From: a bacterium
GTDB taxonomy: Bacteria > Zhuqueibacterota > QNDG01 > JAFGCO01
DNA length: 64,000 bases
Direction of reading: 5' to 3'
NCBI GenBank assembly: GCA_016930535.1
Contig: JAFGGN010000041.1
Location: 88,708-152,707, forward strand
The notes beneath the pieces are model-generated. The model did not search any database. It worked only from the letters and a program-made list of their open reading frames with translations, and was not told where the DNA came from. The position numbers and the translations under genes are program-made. This document shows positions 20,429-29,224 of the stretch, in pieces (the stretch's first letter is position 1; each line of letters opens with the position of its first letter).

Positions 20429-22336
20429 GTGAAAATTATTCATGAATTCCCCATCAAGGGGAAACTGATACTGATTCAATTATTGACAACATTTACAGTG
20501 ATGCTGTTTTACAGTATATTTCACATTATTCGAGACACCCAATTTTACTTTAATTCTGTAAGTCATGAATTGACCACGATGACAAAGCTGGTTGGATCAA
20601 GCTGCATATCAGCTCTGCATTTTCTCGATAAGGAGGCCGCCCAAAAAAACCTTTCCGCACTTGAAGCGGAGGAGAATGTCGTAAATGCCTGGATTCATGA
20701 TTCGGACAGCGTACTCTTTGCTGCATACTATAAAGACGGATATGTTCTTGATAAACCGTTGGATAAAATCATTAAAAAACAGGATAAATTTATCGTCACT
20801 TCGAGACCGATTGTGTACGAGGGGGAAATCATCGGTTTTATTTCCATTCGTTATGATATGAAAGTATATCGGCAGATAATTTATAAAAACACAATGATCA
20901 CTCTGATCATATTTCTGATAGGTATGGGAACCGCCTGGTTGCTGGCGATTTTTACACAAAGAACCATTTCAGATCCGATTCTGAAATTGCTGGAGAGTAT
21001 GAGAATAATTTCTGAAACCGGAAACTACGGTATTCGCCCGGTTAAACAGAGAAACGATGAAATCGGCATACTCTCAGATGGCATATGCGAAATGCTGGAA
21101 CAAATACAAATTCGTGAAAATGAAAGAAATGCTGTAAACAGAGCCTTACATGAGAGCGAAGACAAATATCGAAACCTTGTGGAACGTGCGAACGACGGTA
21201 TCGTTATCCTGCAGGACGGTATTTTCAAGTATGTTAATCCGAGCCTGGTGACAATGGCCGGATGTACTGAACAAGAGCTGTTGGGTAAACCTTTTGTCGA
21301 TTTCATACATGAGGAAGAACGATCTAAAGTGATGGAGAATTATTTCAGGCGAATGGCCGGGGAGACAGTCTACAGCATGTATGAAACCCAATTTAAAACG
21401 AGCAGTGAAGAAGTGATCGATGCGGAGGTTAATGCGGGTTTCATCTCGTATCTGGGAAAACCGGCCGATCTGGTCATTATCCGGAATATTACCCGACGAA
21501 AACAGATGGAACGGGAACTAATTAAACACCGCAACCATCTCGAGGAGCTTGTTGAAGAACGGACGAAAGAACTGGCCGAAGCGAATAAACGTCTACTTGA
21601 ATTGGATCGTTTGAAATCAATGTTTTTGGCTTCGATGAGCCACGAACTTCGAACTCCGTTGAATTCGATTATCGGTTTTACGGGAATTCTGCTTATGGGA
21701 ATGGCTGGCACCCTGAATCCTGAACAAAAAAAACAGCTGGAAATGGTGAAAAGCAGTGCCAGCCACCTGCTGGATCTGATCAACGACATTTTGGATATTT
21801 CAAAAATCGAATCGGACAAGGTAGATCTTTCAATTCAAACATTCGATTTGGTCGATGTCATTCTTGAGGTAATAAAATCCATTCGGCCGATCGCGGACAG
21901 TAAAAATTTGCATTTATCTTATCATGGCATTGAAAATATCCGGATTGACAGCGATAGACGACGGGTTAAACAAGTTCTAATGAATCTGATTTCAAACTCT
22001 GTTAAATTCACGGATAGCGGTTCAGTGACGGTTACCCTCACCTCTATAAATGACCTATCCGTTTCCGTAGAGGTAAAAGATACCGGAATAGGTATTCGTA
22101 AAGAGGAACTTAACATACTGTTCCATCCATTTCAACAATTGGATATGTCATCCACAAAGAAATACGAGGGTACCGGACTGGGTTTATATCTTTCGAAAAA
22201 AATCATAAGCCTTCTGCACGGTGAAATTTCCGTTGCCAGCAAGTACGGTGAAGGAAGTGCATTCACATTCGTGCTGCCGATCCAATGGCAAAAGGAGAAA
22301 AAAAGTGAAAACTGTGTTGATCATCGAGGACAATGA
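20429..22336 (+). CDS. Sensor histidine kinase (TM, HAMP, PAS, HisKA, HATPase)
   Basis: The start is GTG, with an AGGAGG ribosome-binding site 9 nt upstream. HisKA reads 'MSHELRTPLNSIIGF'. The G-boxes read 'KDTGIGI' and 'GTGLGLYLSK'. Confidence 0.85.
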   Translation: MKIIHEFPIKGKLILIQLLTTFTVMLFYSIFHIIRDTQFYFNSVSHELTTMTKLVGSSCISALHFLDKEAAQKNLSALEAEENVVNAWIHDSDSVLFAAYYKDGYVLDKPLDKIIKKQDKFIVTSRPIVYEGEIIGFISIRYDMKVYRQIIYKNTMITLIIFLIGMGTAWLLAIFTQRTISDPILKLLESMRIISETGNYGIRPVKQRNDEIGILSDGICEMLEQIQIRENERNAVNRALHESEDKYRNLVERANDGIVILQDGIFKYVNPSLVTMAGCTEQELLGKPFVDFIHEEERSKVMENYFRRMAGETVYSMYETQFKTSSEEVIDAEVNAGFISYLGKPADLVIIRNITRRKQMERELIKHRNHLEELVEERTKELAEANKRLLELDRLKSMFLASMSHELRTPLNSIIGFTGILLMGMAGTLNPEQKKQLEMVKSSASHLLDLINDILDISKIESDKVDLSIQTFDLVDVILEVIKSIRPIADSKNLHLSYHGIENIRIDSDRRRVKQVLMNLISNSVKFTDSGSVTVTLTSINDLSVSVEVKDTGIGIRKEELNILFHPFQQLDMSSTKKYEGTGLGLYLSKKIISLLHGEISVASKYGEGSAFTFVLPIQWQKEKKSENCVDHRGQ

Positions 22337-22664
22337 TAAAAACCTGTATTTGTTACGCTTTCTTATAGAGAAACTCGGCCATCGTGTCATCGAAGCCAGG
22401 GACGGCTTGAACGGAGTGAAAGTGGCCATGATCGAAAAACCGGATGTCATTTTAATGGATATACAGCTTCCGGCGATGGACGGATATGAAGCCACGCAAG
22501 AAATTCGATCGATGGATTCATTCAGAAATGTTCCCATAATTGCAATCACATCCTATGCCATGGAAGGAGACCGCGAAAAATCATTGGCTGCCGGGTGTAC
22601 GGATTATATTGAAAAGCCCATAAAACCCGAGCAGTTTATTGAAAGAATCAAATCATACCTTTAA
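22305..22664 (+). CDS. Stand-alone CheY-like receiver
   Basis: A GTG start at 22305 follows an AAGGAG ribosome-binding site and overlaps the kinase's 3' end. It reads 'VLIIEDNDKNL...VILMDIQLPAMDGYE...IIAITSYA'. Confidence 0.75.
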   Translation: MKTVLIIEDNDKNLYLLRFLIEKLGHRVIEARDGLNGVKVAMIEKPDVILMDIQLPAMDGYEATQEIRSMDSFRNVPIIAITSYAMEGDREKSLAAGCTDYIEKPIKPEQFIERIKSYL

Positions 22665-22675
22665 GGGAGCCATCC

Positions 22676-23833
22676 ATGAAAATCCTGATCGTCGATGATA
22701 AAGACGAAAATCTGCTGTTACTCAACACCCTGTTAAAAGGAATCGGTCACGATGTGGAACAGGCGGAAAACGGTAAAAAAGCTCTGGAAAAGTTGAAAAA
22801 AAATACTTTTGAAATGATTATATCCGATATCCTTATGCCTGTAATGGATGGATATGAACTCTGCCAGGCATGTAAAAAGGATCCTGAATTAAAAAATATT
22901 GTTTTTGTTTTCTATACAGCCACCTATACAGAAAAAAACGATGAAATATATGCCATGCAATTGGGTGCAGATAAATTTCTGATCAAACCCATGGAACCGA
23001 AAGCATTCCTGTCGGCCATAACCGAACTGGCCAAGAAAGTAGAACAGCATAAAATCATCGTGAAAAAGCCCGAAATTGCAGATGCCGAAGCAATTAAAAT
23101 GCATCGGGATCGGCTTCTGAACAAACTCAGTAAAAAAATAGAGGAATTGCAATCAGAAATAGAAAGGCGCAAAAAAGCCGAAGAACAGGTCCAGAAAGAT
23201 TTAATGGAGAAAGAAATCCTGCTCCGTGAACTTTATCATCGGACAAAAAACAACATGCAGGTTATTTGTTCAATGCTTCGACTGAAGGCTCGCTTTACAA
23301 AGAACCAGGAATTGACCGGAATTTTAACGGAAATTGAGAATAAAATATCATGCATGGCACTCGTTCAACAAAAACTTTACGATTCAAACAACCTGTCTTA
23401 TATAAATCTAATAGAATACATCGAAAGTCTTGTCCAGTTGATTAAGGAAAGTTATGCTTCATCATTGGAAGGAATAGTAATTTCTGTCAATGGTGACGTC
23501 ATCAAAGTTCTGTTGGATACGGCGATTCCGTGTGGCCTGATAATCAATGAACTGATGACGAATACAATCAAGCATGCCTTCCCCGATACATCCAAAGGCA
23601 ATTTGGATATATCCCTGAACTTGAATGAAACAAGAGAACTCGTTCTCAGGGTTTCGGATAATGGCATCGGTCTTCGGGATGACTTGAACACAGTGAAGAG
23701 CCGAGGTCTCGGAATTCAAACCATACTGGATCTGGTCGAGTACCAGCTCGACGGAGTAGTGAATTTTGAAAACAGAGACGGCCTCTGCTGTACGATTATC
23801 CTGAAACAAGAACTTTACGAACCAAGGATTTAA
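22676..23833 (+). CDS. REC-gated HisKA_2-type histidine kinase
   Basis: The REC reads 'ILIVDDKDENL...ISDILMPVMDGYE'. The H-box is of the HisKA_2 (HWE-like) type, 'HRTKNNMQVI'. A HATPase_c_2 region follows. Confidence 0.75.
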   Translation: MKILIVDDKDENLLLLNTLLKGIGHDVEQAENGKKALEKLKKNTFEMIISDILMPVMDGYELCQACKKDPELKNIVFVFYTATYTEKNDEIYAMQLGADKFLIKPMEPKAFLSAITELAKKVEQHKIIVKKPEIADAEAIKMHRDRLLNKLSKKIEELQSEIERRKKAEEQVQKDLMEKEILLRELYHRTKNNMQVICSMLRLKARFTKNQELTGILTEIENKISCMALVQQKLYDSNNLSYINLIEYIESLVQLIKESYASSLEGIVISVNGDVIKVLLDTAIPCGLIINELMTNTIKHAFPDTSKGNLDISLNLNETRELVLRVSDNGIGLRDDLNTVKSRGLGIQTILDLVEYQLDGVVNFENRDGLCCTIILKQELYEPRI

Positions 23834-23834
23834 T

Positions 23835-24227
23835 ATGTGTGGCAATTTAAAGGTCCTGATTGTTGAAGATGAGTATTTGACAGCAAAATGCATCTTCCAT
23901 GAATTAAAAGATTTGGATACTGATCCGCTGAATCCAGTCGCAAAAGGTGAACTTGCTGTCCAAGTGGCTTTAAATGAAAAACCGGATCTTATTCTGATGG
24001 ATATCCGTTTAGCCGGTAAAATGGATGGTATCGAAGCCGCACAAAAAATCAAGAACCAGATAGATATCCCAGTTGTATTTTTTTCAGGATATGCAACGGA
24101 GCAGATCGTTAAAAAAGCAAAAACCGTCAATTACCTTGAATTCCACGAAAAACCCGTGACAATTGGGCTGTTAAAATCCATTATTGATCGATTAAAAGTA
24201 CAAATTAAAGAAAGGAAATCACTTTAA
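23835..24227 (+). CDS. Stand-alone receiver
   Basis: It reads 'VLIVEDEYLTA...LILMDIRLAGKMDGIE...VVFFSGY'. The start codon abuts the upstream stop. Confidence 0.75.
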   Translation: MCGNLKVLIVEDEYLTAKCIFHELKDLDTDPLNPVAKGELAVQVALNEKPDLILMDIRLAGKMDGIEAAQKIKNQIDIPVVFFSGYATEQIVKKAKTVNYLEFHEKPVTIGLLKSIIDRLKVQIKERKSL

Positions 24228-24875
24228 TACTTTTCAGTTCGGGCTCAATAGGCATCAGAATAGATGCCAGGTTCAGATACATCACATCCTCCGGTCAAGA
24301 TTTATGGATATTCATACTTACAGATAAACGTACTGGTGAAATTATAGCTGCTACCGCTGCATCGGATCATCCTTTTTACGGCAATGGAGGAGATCCCCGC
24401 AAAATTCCGCATCCTTTTGTAAAATACTACACTGAAGATTTACTGGATAACCGTGAGATAGTTCTTCTCGATAAAGAAACAACTACCATGTTAAAGTGAG
24501 AAAACTTATTAGGCTAACAGACAAGGACATCGAATATATAAAACTGAAAACGGCAGAATTAATAAAATTACAGGAACAAGAAAAGAGGGAAAAAAACTAT
24601 ATGCTTTAAAACAAAAGTTCGATTTGACCGATGAAGAATTGCTGTTATTGACCGGCAGTCAAATTCATCATGAAAAGTCACGGATATATGCGGCACTGCC
24701 AAAAAATACAGATACGCCTCATTAATTTGACACTTGTTATTAAAAATCTGCTTGAAAATTTACATTCATGGAGGTCTAATAAGAAAGCGGTTTTTATATG
24801 TTATTTTAATTGATAAAATATGGTATTAATTCAGATAGAAACAGCCAACTACATTTATTACAGTACAATAAATTG

Positions 24876-24952
24876 ATGGTGGGCGATACGGGATTCGAAC
24901 CTGTGACCTCTGGTATGTGAGACCAGCGCTCTAACCAACTGAGCTAATCGCC
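24876..24952 (-). tRNA. tRNA-Val (anticodon CAC), CCA encoded
   Basis: The reverse complement folds as GGGCGAT | TAGCTCAGTTGGTTAGAGC | GCTGGTCTCACATACCAG | ... GGTTCGAATCC ... ATCGCCC A CCA. The acceptor stem is 7 bp, the TPsiC arm reads GTTCGAATC and the anticodon loop reads CTCACAT. Confidence 0.85.
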
Positions 24953-24973
24953 CGAAATTTTTGTATTGTTTAA

Positions 24974-25807
24974 TTATTCCGGAACACCAAATTCCAGAAT
25001 CAGTGTCAGACAATTGCCCCCTTCACCGAACTCATATCGGATTTCGTCCACGGACTGCTGAATGATATAAAAGCCGTAGCCTCCGCGAAGCCTTTTCTCG
25101 AACGCTTCCTGAACATTGTAATCGCTTCGGCCGAATTTCTCGAATGGAACGCCCCAGTCTGAAATCTTTACCATGAACCGGGTTTCTTCCGGAATCACCT
25201 CCACCTCGATTTCATGGCCCTCTTCGAACTGATATCCATGTTCGATCACGTTCATGCATGCTTCGTATACGGCGATCCGCAGCTTGCTTTGCGCCGTGGG
25301 CGTGATCCGGTCATCCCTGGCCCAGACCGTCACAAAATCCGTCACATCCTGAAGCGCGTCCACATTGGCCATGATGCGCATCCGTCTGGGTCTCTCGCCT
25401 TCTTCGATGACCAGGTCTCCGGACTCTGAACCGGCAGGTATAGGCTGAACGGATTCAGCGGCCGGAGCAATCTTCTCACCGTTTGAGACAATGGACAGAA
25501 ACGTCAATGGCGTAAAAAACGAAAAGTTATTGCGGGCCGTATCCAGAAGATTGACGATCTGCATGTCGCCGCCGTAAAACCGGGCCTCCTCCGTTTTCGC
25601 GATAAGCAGTGCGATAAAACTGCCGCTGGGAAACGGGATATTTCCCATATCGAATACGATTTGTTTGACACCGTCATTAAACAATTTTTCAAAGAACCCG
25701 TGCAGTGCGTCCAGAATATCGTTGGGATTGATTGAATCCCTGAGTTTTACCAGCACATGACCTTCGTTAAACCGTGTCTCCGTAATGGTTTGAATGTCAT
25801 GCGCCAT
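24974..25807 (-). CDS. Fused partner-switching protein: N-terminal STAS (anti-sigma antagonist-like) and C-terminal RsbW/SpoIIAB-like HATPase serine kinase
   Basis: The N-terminal STAS fold has 'IVFDMGNIPFPSGSFIALLI' and 'GGDMQIVNL'. A Pro/Ala/Glu linker follows. The C-terminus reads 'AVYEACMNVIEHGY...GGYGFYIIQQSVDE', like HATPase_c_2. Confidence 0.6.
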   Translation of the reverse strand: MAHDIQTITETRFNEGHVLVKLRDSINPNDILDALHGFFEKLFNDGVKQIVFDMGNIPFPSGSFIALLIAKTEEARFYGGDMQIVNLLDTARNNFSFFTPLTFLSIVSNGEKIAPAAESVQPIPAGSESGDLVIEEGERPRRMRIMANVDALQDVTDFVTVWARDDRITPTAQSKLRIAVYEACMNVIEHGYQFEEGHEIEVEVIPEETRFMVKISDWGVPFEKFGRSDYNVQEAFEKRLRGGYGFYIIQQSVDEIRYEFGEGGNCLTLILEFGVPE

Positions 25808-26002
25808 AAATCGGACCTTCTGCGTTCAAAATTAAATATACACGTTTTTATGATTTTTTTCAACTGTTTTTTTTATGGGGTCGCCGTTTCACTGTGTTCC
25901 GGTTCGCCGCCTCCGACGGTCCCGTTTATCTCTCATTAGTAGAATTTATAAAAATCATCCGAGCATAAATATAAAGGCCTATGATGTCGTCAGGCATGAT
26001 CC

Positions 26003-26175
26003 TGAAACGGAGCACCGGAGATGAGGAGAATCGGAGAAAAAGCCAACGTCCTTCTCCGTTTCACCGTTTCTCACATCACCGTTTCACTATCCTCATCAAC
26101 GACCCTTTCAACCTGCCGACCCAACGACCCAATAGACCCAAAGACCATAGAAATCTCCGATTCACCGTTTCACAG
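26003..26175 (+). repeat. Copy R1 of the composite interspersed repeat (short form)
   Basis: It contains GGAGAATCGGAGAAAAA ... CTTCTCCGTTTCACCGTTTCTCACATCACCGTTTCACT ... CGACCCAACGACCCAATAGACCCAAAGACC. Confidence 0.8.
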
Positions 26176-26189
26176 GACGGGCAGCACTG

Positions 26190-27059
26190 CTAATAAAACT
26201 TTTTCTGCTCCCCCGGCGGTCTGGTCTTCCATCTCTTGTGCATCCAGAAATAATGCTCCGGGTATTCCCGGACATAACTTTCGAGAATGGACGCGTAGGC
26301 CTGGGTTACCTTTTGAATGTTTTCAGGCGTGGCTTTGTCATACTGCCCAGTCGGGCAATGCGTGTAGACCAGGCGATGACGGCCCTTGCCGACCGGAGTG
26401 TCCGCACCAAAAACCAGCCGCGCACCCGTTTTGATGGCAAAAGCGGCCGCTCCCTGCGGTGTGGCAGCGGGAATCCCGAAAAAATTCACAAACACGCCGT
26501 CCTTTCGTATGTTCTGATCGGACAGGAATATAAGCACCCTGTTGTTCCGCAGTGCTTTCAGCGCACCGCGGACCGCGACCCCCCTGCGGATGATTTCGGC
26601 ACCGGACAGGGCGCGGTACCGGTTGATGATTTCATCCACCATGGCATTATGCTGCCGTCCGACCAGAAACGACGTCGGGAATCCCAGTACGGGGACCATG
26701 CTTCCCATGGATTCAAAATTTCCGAAATGACCGCCAACCACAACCACGCCTTTTCCCTTTTCAAGCCCCTCACGGATATGTTCAAGTCCCCCGATATCCC
26801 GTGACGCCAGTACGGTCTGTTTTTTTTCATAGGGGATGCGCATGTATTCCATGACAAATTTACCGAAATTTTGATAAGCTGCCAGACCGATGGCCCTTTT
26901 TTCAGCATCTGATTTTTGAGGAAACGCCATGGACAGGTTTTTCATCACCACGGACCGCCTGATGCGCAGTACCTGAAATGCAAACCACCCCAGCATTTCA
27001 GCGGCCCTGAATGCAACCGGCAGCGGCGCCAGCCAGACAAACAGCATCATCCATCGCAT
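26190..27059 (-). CDS. Lipid A biosynthesis late acyltransferase (LpxL/HtrB family)
   Basis: It reads 'VVVVGGHFGNFE' (the HX4D/E-like region) and 'IFLSDQN...FFGIPA'. An N-terminal TM helix is present. The start is taken at M 27059 to avoid overlap. Confidence 0.7.
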   Translation of the reverse strand: MRWMMLFVWLAPLPVAFRAAEMLGWFAFQVLRIRRSVVMKNLSMAFPQKSDAEKRAIGLAAYQNFGKFVMEYMRIPYEKKQTVLASRDIGGLEHIREGLEKGKGVVVVGGHFGNFESMGSMVPVLGFPTSFLVGRQHNAMVDEIINRYRALSGAEIIRRGVAVRGALKALRNNRVLIFLSDQNIRKDGVFVNFFGIPAATPQGAAAFAIKTGARLVFGADTPVGKGRHRLVYTHCPTGQYDKATPENIQKVTQAYASILESYVREYPEHYFWMHKRWKTRPPGEQKKFY

Positions 27060-27069
27060 GACAAAATAC

Positions 27070-28032
27070 TCAAGCCAGTGTTGTATTCTCTTCGCTCTCG
27101 AAAATTTCATGAATGCCCTCTTTTCCCCAGCTCTGTTTCTGTTCCCGTGCCTTTTTCCTTTTCACGGCCCAGACCGATAAAAACAAAACAACAAATACAA
27201 GGCTCAAAATCACATGGGTATCCAGCACCGCAACCCATACATACTTTTTCCTGATATAATCCATCCAGCGGCGCTCGAATGCGACCAGGTTTTCACCCGT
27301 AATCCGTTCCATGGCCCGCTCCACCGGCTGGCCGTCCCTGAAGGCCAGTATGAACCTCGGCAGTACTTCGGGACCATAATCCTGTATAATTAATTCAACG
27401 GCGGACAATGCCTCCCGGTAGGCCAGCATTGCCTTGTCCCTGCGATAGAACAGAATATCGTCGATTTCAGCCAATGTCAGCACCTGCGAGGTCAATATGG
27501 CCCTGGAAAGGTGGAGTGTGCTGCCGATTCCCAGTTCTCCGGAGTGATAAAGGGCCAGCCCTTCATCGAACCATTTCGGAACCGGATGCGGATATACGGC
27601 CTGTCCCAGCATGACATGGCTCAATTCATGAACCACAATCGTTCTGAATTCACCCTGCCATCTGAAAATCCTGGGTGATTTAAGGTAGATCACGCCATTC
27701 TGGGGATCGGCTGCAGCTGCACCCCAGTCCGGAATCCGGCCGCCGGTCATGTACCGGAACTCCTGTTCCGTATGTGCAATCAGCACATGCACGCGGCAGC
27801 GAAATCCGGTACCGAAGGTTTTCTCAAGTAATCCCTGCTCCTTCTGTATCAGTTGAACCACTTCTTCACCAAAGGCCCAGTCCTTCTCGTTTGCCTCGAG
27901 AATCACATTGTCATATTGCCTGCTTGACGGCCCGGCATCGAGCATGACCGGACGGCCGAGCAGAAACAGGATTATAAAAACGGATCCGAATGAAAGATGA
28001 TGATTTTTCTGAAATTGATTAAAAAACGGCAT
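27070..28032 (-). CDS. Membrane-anchored HExxH zinc-metallopeptidase-like protein
   Basis: It reads 'VVHELSHVM' followed 20 aa later by 'WFDEGLA', a zincin HExxH...E arrangement. It has an N-terminal signal or TM segment and a C-terminal TM plus basic tail. Confidence 0.5.
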   Translation of the reverse strand: MPFFNQFQKNHHLSFGSVFIILFLLGRPVMLDAGPSSRQYDNVILEANEKDWAFGEEVVQLIQKEQGLLEKTFGTGFRCRVHVLIAHTEQEFRYMTGGRIPDWGAAAADPQNGVIYLKSPRIFRWQGEFRTIVVHELSHVMLGQAVYPHPVPKWFDEGLALYHSGELGIGSTLHLSRAILTSQVLTLAEIDDILFYRRDKAMLAYREALSAVELIIQDYGPEVLPRFILAFRDGQPVERAMERITGENLVAFERRWMDYIRKKYVWVAVLDTHVILSLVFVVLFLSVWAVKRKKAREQKQSWGKEGIHEIFESEENTTLA

Positions 28033-28034
28033 GA

Positions 28035-28973
28035 TCAGAGTGTCATATACACCGTAAATTGATGAATACTTCCCAGAACACCATGAAATGAAACCGCATA
28101 ATCGATGGCAATCTGCCGGATCATGGTGCCGAATCCAAGTGAAATTCCCGTAAACCGGTCCTTGTCCGAGTCGACTTTCTGTTCCTGACCGATGGAATCA
28201 TAACCCCACCTCAGAAAAGACCGTTCACTGATTTTGAATTCACCGCCCAGGGCCCAGTACATGCCGAGCAGCATATCACTTTCCTGATACTGGTATCGCA
28301 ATAACTGCAGATGCAGTGTCAGAGGCAGATGGGCCAGGGTTTTTGACAGGCCCGCCCGGCAGGCCAGCGGCAGGTTTTCTTTCACCCGGATGAAGGCCGA
28401 CGTGGACTTGCCCAGGTTGGTGACGCTGAGTCCCAGATTCATTTGCTGCTTTTCAATATGGTACAGCAGGCCCGCATCCATGGCGACCGCATCCGCACTG
28501 TAGTTCTGAATCTGTGAACGGATGTACTTCGCGGAAACGCCGTAGCTGAAACCATGGGATGCCCGGCGCGCATAGGCGGCCTGAATCAGGAAGTCTCCCG
28601 GAGCCGAAGACCCCGTCACTTCACCGGTGTAGGCATCCGTCCAATCCATGCTTCCGTAATTCATATAGGCCATACTGATGCCCAGTATATGCTGGCCCCG
28701 AAATACATGCCCGTATGCCGCATTCCCGGTTTGAAAATCCGCAAATGTGTTCATATAAGTAAAAACGGCCGTGTTCCGCTGCAGTCCAGCGACCCCCGCG
28801 GGATTGGTTGACATGGAACTCAGGTCGCCGTCTCCGCAGATGAATGCGCCGCCCATTGCGGCCGGTCTCGCACCGAAAGACGTTTTCAGAAACTCGAAAC
28901 CGGATCCCCGGGAGGCATATACCTGACCTGCGGACATGAAAATGATGGCGGGAAATAACAATCGTTTGATCAT
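28035..28973 (-). CDS. PorV/PorQ-like outer-membrane beta-barrel (T9SS-associated family)
   Basis: A signal peptide is present. It reads 'ARPAAMGGAF...DLSSMSTNPAGVAGL', the PorV/FadL-like N-terminal motif. The protein has beta-barrel-like composition. Confidence 0.5.
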   Translation of the reverse strand: MIKRLLFPAIIFMSAGQVYASRGSGFEFLKTSFGARPAAMGGAFICGDGDLSSMSTNPAGVAGLQRNTAVFTYMNTFADFQTGNAAYGHVFRGQHILGISMAYMNYGSMDWTDAYTGEVTGSSAPGDFLIQAAYARRASHGFSYGVSAKYIRSQIQNYSADAVAMDAGLLYHIEKQQMNLGLSVTNLGKSTSAFIRVKENLPLACRAGLSKTLAHLPLTLHLQLLRYQYQESDMLLGMYWALGGEFKISERSFLRWGYDSIGQEQKVDSDKDRFTGISLGFGTMIRQIAIDYAVSFHGVLGSIHQFTVYMTL

Positions 28974-29022
28974 AGGCGATTCTCGTGAGGAATTCCGGGA
29001 GGTTTCCTCTTTTGAATGATTG

Positions 29023-29095
29023 AGCCACCCGTCGGACTTGAACCGACGACCTGCTCATTACGAGTGAGCTGCTCTACCAGCTGAGCTAGGGTGGC
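29023..29095 (-). tRNA. tRNA-Thr (anticodon CGT), CCA not encoded
   Basis: The reverse complement folds as GCCACCC | TAGCTCAGCTGGTAGAGCA | GCTCACTCGTAATGAGC | ... GGTTCAAGTCC ... GGGTGGC T. The anticodon loop reads CTCGTAA. Confidence 0.8.
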
Positions 29096-29224
29096 CAAGA
29101 TCTTGCAGGACATAAATTTAACAAAGTATTCCGTGTTTGTCAAGTGTTATGTCTCACCGGAATTAGCACAGAGATTACGGGTCATTGGGTCATGGAGTCG
29201 GAAGGTCGACAGGTTCGTTGGGCC

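Noticed and set aside
23462-24130. 222-aa minus ORF and similar antisense ORFs (1444..2304, 5433..6047, 15123..15656, 37365..38231, 43162..44016, 60962..61948)
   Set aside because: Each lies opposite a gene with strong domain signatures, and none shows any recognisable motif. They were treated as shadow ORFs.
24228-24875. Orphan reading frame '...LTDKRTGEIIAATAASDHPFYGNGGDPRKIPHPFVKYYTEDLLDNREIVLLDKETTTMLK' next to tRNA-Val as a gene
   Set aside because: It has no start codon in frame, is about 85 codons long and has no ribosome-binding site. It is kept only as a possible decayed gene fragment at the island junction, under the island finding.
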